From Acidobacteriota bacterium (GTDB lineage: Bacteria > Acidobacteriota > UBA890 > WLXD01), in NCBI GenBank assembly GCA_965248695.1, contig CBDFKD010000002.1, forward strand, positions 2,176,001-2,240,000: a stretch of 64,000 bases of DNA, given 5' to 3'. Both the position numbers and the translations under genes were made by a program. The notes beneath the pieces were generated by a model. That model saw only the letters and a list, made by a program, of their open reading frames with translations, had not been told where the DNA came from and did not search any database. This document shows positions 55,712-63,998 of this stretch, one piece after another (the first letter of the stretch is position 1; the number at the start of each line of letters is the position of its first letter).

Positions 55712-56128
55712 CTATTTCGACGAACCTGGAGAGGCGGCCACAGGGACGGCAGGGTCGGGCACCGCCGGCGTCGGTGTCGCCTCGGTGGCGGCGGGCTTGC
55801 CGCGGCGCATCTCACAGCGCCCACGAAAGTAACCGCCAGGCTCGATGACCAGCTTGTCAGTGTCGAGATCGGCTTCGACGCGGCCGCTGGCGTGTATCGT
55901 CACTCGTTCGGCGGCTCGCACCTGGCCGGTGATTGCACCGTGTACGGCGAGCTCGCCGACCTCTACCTCGCCCTGCAGCACTGCCCGCGGACCGAGGATC
56001 AGAGTCGCAGGCGAGAACACCTTGCCCGAGAACTTGCCGTCTATACGTACCGACCCCTTGAACTGCAACGTGCCGTCGATCTCGGTGCCTTCTCCCAGAT
56101 GGCCGTCCAGGTTGCCTGTGGTGCTCAT
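55712..56128 (-). CDS. Bactofilin (polymer-forming cytoskeletal protein)
   Basis: GTEIDGTLQF, VRIDGKFSG, LVIEPGGYFRGRCEM. Confidence 0.92.
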   Translation of the reverse strand: MSTTGNLDGHLGEGTEIDGTLQFKGSVRIDGKFSGKVFSPATLILGPRAVLQGEVEVGELAVHGAITGQVRAAERVTIHASGRVEADLDTDKLVIEPGGYFRGRCEMRRGKPAATEATPTPAVPDPAVPVAASPGSSK

Positions 56129-56138
56129 GAGCGTTTCC

Positions 56139-56990
56139 TCAGTCGATAGTCGTCAGTAGGTCGTAGATTCGATTCAGCTCTTCCAGCGACGTGAAGGTTA
56201 TTTCGACCTTCCCGCGTTCCTTGCCACGAATGGCAACTGGCGTGCCCAGCGACTTCGCCAGCCGTTCTTCCGCGGCCGCTACGTCGGGATCGCGCGGAGG
56301 CGGGTTGGTCGCCTCGTTCCGTGGGCTGTTCTCTGTGCGGACGCGTGCTTCAGTCTGGCGAACGGTCAGACCGCGTGCGACGATTTGCGACGCGACGCGA
56401 AGCTGTGCCGCTGCCGATGAAAGCCCGAGCAGAGCGCGAGCGTGCCCCATCGTCAGGTCTCCGTCAACGAGTTGCTGCTGGATCGTCTCCGGTAGCGATA
56501 GAAGGCGAAGATAGTTCGCCACCGTCGAGCGCTCCTTGCCAACCCGAGCCGCGGTCTTCTCCTGCGTCAAGCCCATCTCATCGACCAGGAGGTGGTAGGC
56601 GCGCGCTTGTTCGATCGCGTTGAGGTCCTCGCGCTGGAGGTTCTCGATCAGCGCCAGCTCGAGCGACTGGCGCGGTGTGGCCTCTCGAACGACCGCTGGG
56701 ATGCGGTCAAGGCCGGCCCGCTGCGCGCCACGCCAGCGCCGCTCTCCGGCAATCAACTCGAAGCCGTTCTCCGATTCGCGCACGACGATCGGTTGCAATA
56801 CACCGTGCGCCTTCAACGAGTTGGCCATCGACTCGATGCTTTTGTCGTCAAAGCTCTCCCGCGGCTGCTGTGGGTTGGGCCGGATGAGATCGATCTCCAG
56901 CTCGAGTAGCCGCGCGCCCGTCGGACCGGCCGCCGCCACTTCAGCCGGTATCAACGCGTCAAGGCCGCGCCCGAGTACCTTCCGTGCCAT
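56139..56990 (-). CDS. parB: Chromosome partitioning protein ParB
   Basis: LGRGLDAL, NPQQPR, IAGERRWR, ENLQREDL. Confidence 0.98.
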   Translation of the reverse strand: MARKVLGRGLDALIPAEVAAAGPTGARLLELEIDLIRPNPQQPRESFDDKSIESMANSLKAHGVLQPIVVRESENGFELIAGERRWRGAQRAGLDRIPAVVREATPRQSLELALIENLQREDLNAIEQARAYHLLVDEMGLTQEKTAARVGKERSTVANYLRLLSLPETIQQQLVDGDLTMGHARALLGLSSAAAQLRVASQIVARGLTVRQTEARVRTENSPRNEATNPPPRDPDVAAAEERLAKSLGTPVAIRGKERGKVEITFTSLEELNRIYDLLTTID

Positions 56991-57765
56991 TCCGTACCAC
57001 CTCGCGCATCAGTTTCAGGTAGGCCTGCGCCCCAGCAGAACGCAGATCGTACAGGATGATGGGTTTGCCGAAGCTCGGCGCCTCACCGAGACGCACGTTT
57101 CGTGGTACCTCGGCGGCAAACACGTCGTCGGGGAAATGGCGACGCACGTCAGTGATCACCTGCCGGGTGAGGTTCATTCGGGGGTCGACCATCGTCAACA
57201 GGATACCCTCGAGCCGGAGCTCGGGGTTCAGTCCGCGGCGCACTCTGTCGACGGTCTCCAGCATGCGGCTGAGACCCTCCAGCGCCAGATACTCGCACTG
57301 GATGGGGACGATCACGCTATCGGCCGCAACTAGGGCGTTGAGCGAGAGCAATCCGAGTGCGGGCGGACAATCGATAACGATGAACCTATAATCGGGCCGT
57401 ATCGGGACAAGCGCCTTTCGCAAGCGCGTGGCACGGTCGGTGGCGTCAACGAGCTCGAGCTCGGCGCCCACTAGAGCTGGCGCCGCAGGCGAAACCACCA
57501 GGCGATCGAGAGCGGCGGGTAGCACCGTCTCGGCCAGGGTCGCGGAGCCGCTCAGAACGGAGTAGGTGGTCGGGTGGCCGTCTGGCACGGCAACGCCAAG
57601 GCCGCTGGTGGCGTTAGCTTGTGGATCGATGTCGACCAGCAACGTCGGCAGGTCGGCCGCCGCCAGGCAGGCGGCCAGGTTGATCGAAGTGGTGGTCTTG
57701 CCGACTCCGCCCTTCTGGTTGGTGACGGCAATCACTCGTGTTATGCCGTTTCCCGTGCCCACCAC
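56959..57765 (-). CDS. parA: Chromosome partitioning ATPase ParA/Soj
   Basis: NQKGGVGKTT, DIDPQANAT, DCPPALG; GTG start behind GGGAGGT. Confidence 0.97.
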   Translation of the reverse strand: MVGTGNGITRVIAVTNQKGGVGKTTTSINLAACLAAADLPTLLVDIDPQANATSGLGVAVPDGHPTTYSVLSGSATLAETVLPAALDRLVVSPAAPALVGAELELVDATDRATRLRKALVPIRPDYRFIVIDCPPALGLLSLNALVAADSVIVPIQCEYLALEGLSRMLETVDRVRRGLNPELRLEGILLTMVDPRMNLTRQVITDVRRHFPDDVFAAEVPRNVRLGEAPSFGKPIILYDLRSAGAQAYLKLMREVVRNGTEGTRARP

Positions 57766-57870
57766 GGCGGCACTAACCTCCCTCGACCCTTCGTTGTGAT
57801 TGACGCAGTAACGCTGCTCGCCATCGCGAGCACCGGAGCCTACCACAGCGACACTGGCCATCCGCTTACT

Positions 57871-57886
57871 CGTTCCACGTGGAACA
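57871..57886. promoter_or_regulatory. parS: parS centromere site 1
   Basis: CGTTCCACGTGGAACA matches the TGTTNCACGTGNAACA palindrome. Confidence 0.93.
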
Positions 57887-57896
57887 CGGGTGCGCT

Positions 57897-57912
57897 TGTT
57901 CCACGTGGAACC
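57897..57912. promoter_or_regulatory. parS: parS centromere site 2
   Basis: TGTTCCACGTGGAACC. Confidence 0.93.
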
Positions 57913-57945
57913 CACCCGCGACCCCGCAGGTTTCCTGCTAGTCGG

Positions 57946-58650
57946 CTAGGTGTGGAGCTCGAGCGACACCAGGTAGCCGCGGTCGAGGTGGGGCAATGGG
58001 GCTGCTTTCTTTATCGCCCAGCCGGCCCGGGCAGCTCGACGCCAGCTCCGGTCGCTCGCCTTGCCCATCGACCCACCGGCCGACAGGTTGCGGCGCAGCG
58101 CCCGCAAGGTCTCCTCGCCAACGAACAACAGGCCCCGGCCACCGGGCGCCATGACCGGGGCGACCCGCCCCAGCATCGTGCCCCATTCGGTCCAGGCGCG
58201 CGCCGTAACCACATGCACTGGCGTCCCGACGGTGCCCGCGTCGATCGCGTCCCCGAGTCGCTCGTTGACGATCGAGACACCTTCCAGACCGAGGGCGTCG
58301 ACGACCTCCATAAGGAACGTCGCCTTCTTGGCGTTGGCTTCCACCAACACGCTATCGCGGTCCGGGTCCAGGAGCTTCAAGGGCAGTCCCGGAATCCCGG
58401 CACCGGAGCCGACATCCAACACCACCGGTCCGGCGCCCGCCAGATACCGGAGTGCCATCGCCGGCTCAACGAAGTGTCGCAAGACGGCTGTGTCTCGATC
58501 GCGGATGGCCGTCAGGTTAATGCGCTTGTTCCAGCGCTCGAGCAGCTGTAGGTAGAGGGCGAATTGCTCGACTTGCTCGGTACCGATGTGGAAGCGGAAG
58601 CGCTCGAATCCATCCCGAATCGCCTGTGCGGTACCGTCGGCGTCCGGCAC
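57946..58650 (-). CDS. rsmG: 16S rRNA m7G527 methyltransferase (GidB)
   Basis: WNKRINLTAI, LDVGSGAGIPG, VTARA. Confidence 0.94.
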   Translation of the reverse strand: MPDADGTAQAIRDGFERFRFHIGTEQVEQFALYLQLLERWNKRINLTAIRDRDTAVLRHFVEPAMALRYLAGAGPVVLDVGSGAGIPGLPLKLLDPDRDSVLVEANAKKATFLMEVVDALGLEGVSIVNERLGDAIDAGTVGTPVHVVTARAWTEWGTMLGRVAPVMAPGGRGLLFVGEETLRALRRNLSAGGSMGKASDRSWRRAARAGWAIKKAAPLPHLDRGYLVSLELHT

Positions 58651-58651
58651 G

Positions 58652-59701
58652 TCAGCGCCGGTGGCCTCCGTCGGTAGGAATCACGTTGACCGCTTTCTGG
58701 AATCCATTGCCAATACTACGCGTCTTGACCTTGGGGTCTTCTGCCAAGGTGAGATGCACGATGCGGCGCTCGTACGGATTCAACGGCCCCGTCTGTTGCG
58801 GCGAGCTCGTCTCTTTCGCCTGATGTGCCACCTGGTACGCCATATCGCGGATCTCGTCGTCGAGCTGAGACCTGAAGTCGCCGGCGTCGACACGCACCCG
58901 CCGGTGGGCGCGGTCGGGGCGGTGCCGGAACGCGTGATTCAAGATGAGCTCCAGCGCTGACAGGCCACGTCCGCGGCCATCCAGCAAGTACTGGTTATCG
59001 TCGCCAGTGATCGCGATCTGCAGTGTCTCCCCGTCGAGCCTCGCTTCGGCCTCGCAATCGAAATCGATGGTCTCGAAGATCGTGTCGAGGAGTGCGATGG
59101 CCTCGCCGGAAACGTCGGTGCCGCCCTCGCCGTCCGCGCCCGGGCTGCGAGATTGGTCGCCTTCGGGGGGTGGCGCTTCGGCCGTGGTACCGGTGGATGA
59201 GACGTCCTCCGATGCCGCTAGGTCGTCGCTGACAGCCTCGTCGGCCGGCACCGCGGGGGCGGCTTGCTCCGAGGCGACACTGGACGCCTGAAAGAAATCC
59301 GGCACTCCGTCGGCATCTTCCGCGGCAGGCTGGGCCGACTCCGGAACATCAGGGTCCGGCTGCTGATCGTCCACCTCGGGCGGCTCAGCGTCGCTTGCGT
59401 CGGAAGACTTGGCGTCGGGCGTGTCGGAAGAATCGGCATCGGCCGCGTCAGAAGGCTCGGCATCGGCTTCTTGGACGGGCGTCTCTGCCACCGCGGCCTC
59501 TTCCTCGGGTTGCTCCGGGTCGGGCGCTTCACCGCGCCGCCAAGCGCGCACCGAGTAGACCGTATCGCCCAGGCCCCAGAAGTCGCCGGCCTTCTCATCC
59601 ACCAGCTCGTGCTCGAGTTCGTCGACCGCAACCCCCAACGCGGCCGCCGCCTGTTCGAGGGCAGCCTCCAACGACTTGGCTTCGAATACCTGTGCGCTCA
59701 T
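58652..59701 (-). CDS. jag: RNA-binding protein Jag/EloR/KhpB with long acidic linker
   Basis: Jag_N AKSLEAAL; KH domain; R3H motif NPYERRIVH. Confidence 0.92.
   Translation of the reverse strand: MSAQVFEAKSLEAALEQAAAALGVAVDELEHELVDEKAGDFWGLGDTVYSVRAWRRGEAPDPEQPEEEAAVAETPVQEADAEPSDAADADSSDTPDAKSSDASDAEPPEVDDQQPDPDVPESAQPAAEDADGVPDFFQASSVASEQAAPAVPADEAVSDDLAASEDVSSTGTTAEAPPPEGDQSRSPGADGEGGTDVSGEAIALLDTIFETIDFDCEAEARLDGETLQIAITGDDNQYLLDGRGRGLSALELILNHAFRHRPDRAHRRVRVDAGDFRSQLDDEIRDMAYQVAHQAKETSSPQQTGPLNPYERRIVHLTLAEDPKVKTRSIGNGFQKAVNVIPTDGGHRR
59390..59466 (-). repeat. Degenerate 24-bp tandem repeat in the jag linker (DAxxSDxx)
   Basis: About three copies: DAEPSDAA / DADSSDTP / DAKSSDAS. Confidence 0.6.
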
Positions 59702-61452
59702 CGCTTGCCTCTCCGGCGTTTCTTGGCTTTGGGAAGAGCCTTCTCCGCCGCAAGCTCCGCGTCCATCTTGTTGTTGACGTAGAGCTGTTGCGCGATTCCG
59801 AGAAGGTTGTTCACCAACCAGTACAGAACTAGTCCGCTAGGTACGTATAGGAAAAGTACGGTGAAGATCACCGGCATGAACTTGAACATTCGCGCCTGCA
59901 TCGGGTCTGCGCCCGGCGATGGCGTCATTCGTTGCTGCGCCAGCATGCTGCCGCCCATCAACAAAGGCAGCACGAGGTACGGGTCATAGTCCGACAAGTC
60001 CTGCACCCATAGGGCGAACGGCGCCTGCCGGAGCTCTACCGCGACCGACAGCAGCCGATAAAACGCGAACAGGATCGGAAGCTGCGCCAGCATCGGCAGG
60101 CAGCCACCGAATGGTGACACCCCCTCGCGCCGATACAGCTCCATTACCTCCTCGTTCATCTTCTGGCGCTGTTCGAGCTCCTTGGACCCCTTGTACTTGC
60201 CACGAATCGCTGCCATCTGCGGCTGTAGGCGCTGCATGCGCCGCATGGAGACCATGGATTTGTGGTTCAGCGGCAAGAAAACGAGCCGCAGCAGCACCGT
60301 CAGCAGGATGATGGCGACGCCGTAGTTGCCGACAAACGAGTGGATCCAAACAAGCAGAGCCAAGAGGGGGCGAGCGAGGATTCCCATCCAACCGAAGTCC
60401 ACCGCCAGACCAATCTCGTACCCCTGCTGAAGCAGGTAGTCGTATTTCTTCGGACCGAGATAAATGCCCGCGGTCAGCCCTTCGTCCGGCACCGCCGTTG
60501 CAACGCTTGCCAGCGCCACCAGGGGCTCGGCGGCGGCGGCGATACTCGACACCTCCCGGCTCGAGATTCGAACTTCCCTCGGCTCATCGAACAGGAAGGC
60601 TCCCAGAAAATAGTGGCTCTCCGTGCCCACCCAACGGACCGGACCGGAGGCGCTGACCGCCGGATCGGGCTCGGGCGGTACCCAGCGCTCCACGTCCTCG
60701 GCCACGAGCGCCAAGGCGCCGGCACCGAGGAAAACGTTGCGCGACCCGGCTGCAACCTCGTCCAGCCCGGCACCCAAGGAAAGGAACGGGTCGGACGCAC
60801 CGGTGGTGGCCTCCACCCGAACACGCAGCTGGTTGCCGGCAGCCGGAAACTCGATTCGCTTGGACACCGATGCACCGCCACCGTCCGCCCAGCGAAGTGT
60901 GACGATCACCGGGTCACCCGGTCGCGGCGTGCGCTCGCCGCCCCGCTCGACCCCACCGCTGGTCTCCATTACGAAGAGCGCTGCATTCACCGCCTCGCCG
61001 ATGGCGGGGTTGCTCGGGGTCGAGAGGCCGAGCGGCAGCACGTCCGCCGCGGCGGCGGCGGGATGGACGAGATCCAGAGGCGAGCGCTCGGCAGATTCGT
61101 ATTGGTTCAGCACGAAAGCCTGCAACCGCCCGCCGCGATTGGTAACCGTCGCGGTGTAGTTGTCGGCCCGTATCCGCAGGGTTGTTTCCTGTTGCGCCAC
61201 TATCGCGGCCGCCGCCTCATCCGCACCGAAAGCCGCTGCCGCCGGTCCGGTCTCGAGCGGAGCCGGCGGTGCGGGCTCGCCGTCTGCTGCGGGCGTCGCC
61301 TCTCCGCCAGCGTCTGTCGGTCCGGGTGGTGGCAGCAGCGGTGCGTCGACCGCGGGAACGAAGTAGTGCTGGTACAGCGCCAGCACCGCCATCGACAGCA
61401 CGATCGCGAGCAGCGCCCGCGATTCCATTCTCGGTTCCTGGTCGTTATTCAT
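59698..61452 (-). CDS. yidC: Membrane protein insertase YidC
   Basis: [38 protein letters not shown]. Confidence 0.97.
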   Translation of the reverse strand: MNNDQEPRMESRALLAIVLSMAVLALYQHYFVPAVDAPLLPPPGPTDAGGEATPAADGEPAPPAPLETGPAAAAFGADEAAAAIVAQQETTLRIRADNYTATVTNRGGRLQAFVLNQYESAERSPLDLVHPAAAAADVLPLGLSTPSNPAIGEAVNAALFVMETSGGVERGGERTPRPGDPVIVTLRWADGGGASVSKRIEFPAAGNQLRVRVEATTGASDPFLSLGAGLDEVAAGSRNVFLGAGALALVAEDVERWVPPEPDPAVSASGPVRWVGTESHYFLGAFLFDEPREVRISSREVSSIAAAAEPLVALASVATAVPDEGLTAGIYLGPKKYDYLLQQGYEIGLAVDFGWMGILARPLLALLVWIHSFVGNYGVAIILLTVLLRLVFLPLNHKSMVSMRRMQRLQPQMAAIRGKYKGSKELEQRQKMNEEVMELYRREGVSPFGGCLPMLAQLPILFAFYRLLSVAVELRQAPFALWVQDLSDYDPYLVLPLLMGGSMLAQQRMTPSPGADPMQARMFKFMPVIFTVLFLYVPSGLVLYWLVNNLLGIAQQLYVNNKMDAELAAEKALPKAKKRRRGKR

Positions 61453-61669
61453 GCACCGTCGGGACCGGGTCGTGGCCCCCCTGACTAAACGGATGGCACC
61501 TGAGGATCCGGCGCGCCGACAGCCACACCCCTCTGAGAGCACCGTGCTGCGCGACGCTCTGATGCGCGTACTCGGAGCAAGTCGGGTGGAACCGACAGTG
61601 CCCCCCGAGTGCCGACGACAGCGTCAGCTGGTAAAGCCGGATCAAACCGAGCAGGCTGCGCGTGATCAT
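61445..61669 (-). CDS. yidD: Membrane protein insertion efficiency factor
   Basis: [24 protein letters not shown]. Confidence 0.96.
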   Translation of the reverse strand: MITRSLLGLIRLYQLTLSSALGGHCRFHPTCSEYAHQSVAQHGALRGVWLSARRILRCHPFSQGGHDPVPTVHE

Positions 61670-62019
61670 GTCGGCGACTCGGTTGCGCGGGCGGCGACCG
61701 CAATCAGCTCCGGGAGTAGATCGTCGGGGCTGCTGTGGGGCGCATCTTTCCGCGCCACGACGACATAGTCGTAGCCGGCGCGAAAACCGTCTCGGCGCCG
61801 GCGATACGCCTCCCGGAACACGCGCCTCGCACGGTTCCGCACCACGGCGTTGCCAATTCGGCGGGTGGCGGTGAAGCCGATACGTGGGTGCTCCAGACCG
61901 TTGGGGCGAGCGAACAAGACAAACCTCGGCGCTACGTGCTTCGTGCCCTCTGCGTACACCCGCTCGAACTCCGAGCGTTTGCGCAGGCGGTGGGCTCGCG
62001 GGAACCCTTCCGGTCGCAC
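61666..62019 (-). CDS. rnpA: Ribonuclease P protein component
   Basis: [19 protein letters not shown]. Confidence 0.96.
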   Translation of the reverse strand: MRPEGFPRAHRLRKRSEFERVYAEGTKHVAPRFVLFARPNGLEHPRIGFTATRRIGNAVVRNRARRVFREAYRRRRDGFRAGYDYVVVARKDAPHSSPDDLLPELIAVAARATESPT

Positions 62020-62049
62020 AGCAGGGTATCGGCAGCGGCGGGGGTCAGA

Positions 62050-62187
62050 TCAGGACGGGGCCAACCGCTTGCGACCCTTGCGGCGGCGACGACGAATTAC
62101 GGCGCGCCCGGAACGCGTCCGCATCCGGAGCCTGAAACCATGTACTTTACGCCGGCGGCGGCGGTTGGGCTGAAAGGTGCGCTTCAT
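62050..62187 (-). CDS. rpmH: 50S ribosomal protein L34
   Basis: Not in the ORF track. Hand translation: [45 protein letters not shown]. Confidence 0.97.
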   Translation of the reverse strand: MKRTFQPNRRRRRKVHGFRLRMRTRSGRAVIRRRRRKGRKRLAPS

Positions 62188-62303
62188 GGTTTTCGGGGTT
62201 GCTCGCCGTGCACGACCCGCGAGAGAGCGGAAACCGTCCGTGCCGCGAAGGCGCCTGAGGGGGCAATCGACAGGTGGCCCCCTGTTTCGTACAGAACCAA
62301 ACG

Positions 62304-62332
62304 AGATTATCCGCTGGATACGAGACCGTCAA
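62304..62332 (-). promoter_or_regulatory. Sigma70 promoter of the rpmH operon
   Basis: TTGACG-17nt-TAATCT on the minus strand. Confidence 0.65.
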
Positions 62333-62571
62333 CTCCGCGTCGACTGCGGGTAGTGGGTCAGTTTCAAGTAATTGGAGCGGACGACGGAAAATACCGGTCA
62401 ATCAGTCGGTGAAAACAACGGACAACCGTGGCCACGGCTACTTTGCTTGTATAATGCAACGAGCCCGATCAGCTCGTAACTGATCAGGCTCGGGCGAAAG
62501 CATATGTGGGATTTTTTAGCCGGACTGGTGGGACCGGCGGGGGAGGCGTTTTGCGCCTCAGCTGTGGGAGA

Positions 62572-62601
62572 AGTGTATTCCCGACCGCACCGCGCCGTCA
62601 A
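62572..62601 (-). promoter_or_regulatory. Sigma70 promoter firing leftwards over a hairpin-rich non-coding segment
   Basis: TTGACG-18nt-TACACT on the minus strand. Confidence 0.6.
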
Positions 62602-62652
62602 CCGCACCGGCTTCGTCTATCTGAGAGGAGAAGTTTGGGGCGGGAACAGCTA

Positions 62653-62726
62653 GGCGACGTAGTGTAGCCAGGTAAGCACACTCCCCTGGAAAGGGGGTAT
62701 CGCGGGTTCAACTCCCGGCGTCGCCT
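62653..62726 (+). tRNA. Non-canonical tRNA: anticodon GGA (Ser) on a type-I, U73, tRNA-Cys-like body; CCA not encoded
   Basis: Acceptor GGCGACG/CGTCGCC; D-arm GTGT-AGCCAGGTAA-GCAC; anticodon arm CTCCC-CTGGAAA-GGGGG; variable loop TATC; T-arm GCGGG-TTCAACT-CCCGG; discriminator T. Confidence 0.85.
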
Positions 62727-62968
62727 CTCTTTATTTCCCGCCCCAATTCTCCGTCTCGGGTAAGCGCACTTCACCACTACTCTCAGAGTGTGGGGAATTC
62801 ACTAGCGCGACATCAACCGGATAATCATCCGGGCGTTGCGACGAGTAAATCCAATGCGCTCCAATGGTCTCGGTCCCCTACGTCGTCCGTGTGGGCGGCA
62901 CGACCCGTGCCATTGCGACACTCTAATCCTACTATAAGACATGTGCCATGTGGCATGTAGGCGTTGTG

Positions 62969-63811
62969 CTACGCCGCTGCTTCGTGCCTCTCTAGCAACC
63001 GCACGATGTCTTCGATCTCGTAGATACGGTTCGCAACGCCGGCTTCCATCGCAGGCGTGACGCGCAGCGTCCGGTGAACGCGACAGAAGTTGTAGTACAT
63101 GAAGTGCAGCGCGACGGCGTGAGTCAAGTTCTCCACCTTCTTGCTGAATCCGTTGGTGAGTCGCGTGAAGCGGCGCATGCTCATTCGCATGGTTAGGTTC
63201 TGTCGCTCCACGTAACTTGTGCTCACCAACGCCCGGTCGGGGTGGCCGGTCACGAATCGTTTTCGAACCCCGAGGCACCTAGCGGGCGAATACCGCTTCT
63301 CGGCCTCGGGGTCAGATCCATACACCTTGTGCAGCATGGCGAAGTCAACGTCCGCCATGAAAGCGGCGGGCACCGCGTCGAGATACATCGTGTGCCCGTC
63401 CGTAGTGATCTGTGCGCGGTGGGCAAGTCGTGACGCTAAGTCGCTCATGAAGGCAAACGCGGTGTCTGCGTTGCGGTAGCCGAACCACCACGCCGGCACG
63501 ATCTTGGTGTCAGCACAGATGGATGTGAACGTCCAGACATCGCCGTATCCGAACTGGCCGCGCTTCTCCGGCGGAACGTTCTTTTCCTTCGCGTAGCAGA
63601 ACGCCCAAATCTCGTCGGCTTCCAAGCGGCGGCACGGAAGATCGCGCAGCACGCGGTCTTGGAAGTCGGAACACACCTGGCCGATCTCGGCCAGGAGCTT
63701 GGTGACCGTGTTCTTCGCCGCGCCGGTCATACGGCAAGTCGCACGCATGGAGTTGCCCTCGACCAAGGCCGCAACGATCTCTGTTCGCTTCTCTGTGCTC
63801 AACTGGTTCAT
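62969..63811 (-). CDS. IS1-family single-ORF DDE transposase
   Basis: N-terminal HTH LVEGNSMRATCRMTG; EADEIW (D), TTDG (D), STSYVERQNLTMR (E), RRFTRLTNGFSKK, TPAMEAG. Confidence 0.92.
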   Translation of the reverse strand: MNQLSTEKRTEIVAALVEGNSMRATCRMTGAAKNTVTKLLAEIGQVCSDFQDRVLRDLPCRRLEADEIWAFCYAKEKNVPPEKRGQFGYGDVWTFTSICADTKIVPAWWFGYRNADTAFAFMSDLASRLAHRAQITTDGHTMYLDAVPAAFMADVDFAMLHKVYGSDPEAEKRYSPARCLGVRKRFVTGHPDRALVSTSYVERQNLTMRMSMRRFTRLTNGFSKKVENLTHAVALHFMYYNFCRVHRTLRVTPAMEAGVANRIYEIEDIVRLLERHEAAA

Positions 63812-63818
63812 AGGAGTA

Positions 63819-63847
63819 ATTGTACATGACCGGTCAAGCATAGACAA
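63819..63847 (-). promoter_or_regulatory. Transposase promoter with palindromic spacer; probably leaderless
   Basis: TTGTCT-ATGCTTGACCGGTCATG(17)-TACAAT-7nt-ATG. Confidence 0.7.
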
Positions 63848-63884
63848 GGTGAAACAGCGCCCCCTTCACGACGGCTTGGTCTAG

Positions 63885-63998
63885 CTAGGGCTTGATCACG
63901 CCTTGGTCGATTGCCCGTCTCACGCCTTCGCGTACAAGCGCGAGAGCAACCCCTGTGGGGGTCTTCTCGTACAGGTCCGTTTCCGCTAAACGCACGAG
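63885..63998 (-). CDS. 3' end of a small protein, possibly ribbon-helix-helix (truncated by window edge)
   Basis: Hand translation ...LVRLAETDLYEKTPTGVALALVREGVRRAIDQGVIKP*. Confidence 0.4.
   Translation of the reverse strand, partial: LVRLAETDLYEKTPTGVALALVREGVRRAIDQGVIKP

Noticed and set aside
55712-56990. Bactofilin directly downstream of parB as novel
   Set aside because: Known arrangement (e.g. myxobacterial parAB-bacM).
62802-62942. 46-aa Arg-rich minus-strand ORF after the transposase
   Set aside because: No SD or recognisable motif; composition resembles non-coding translation.
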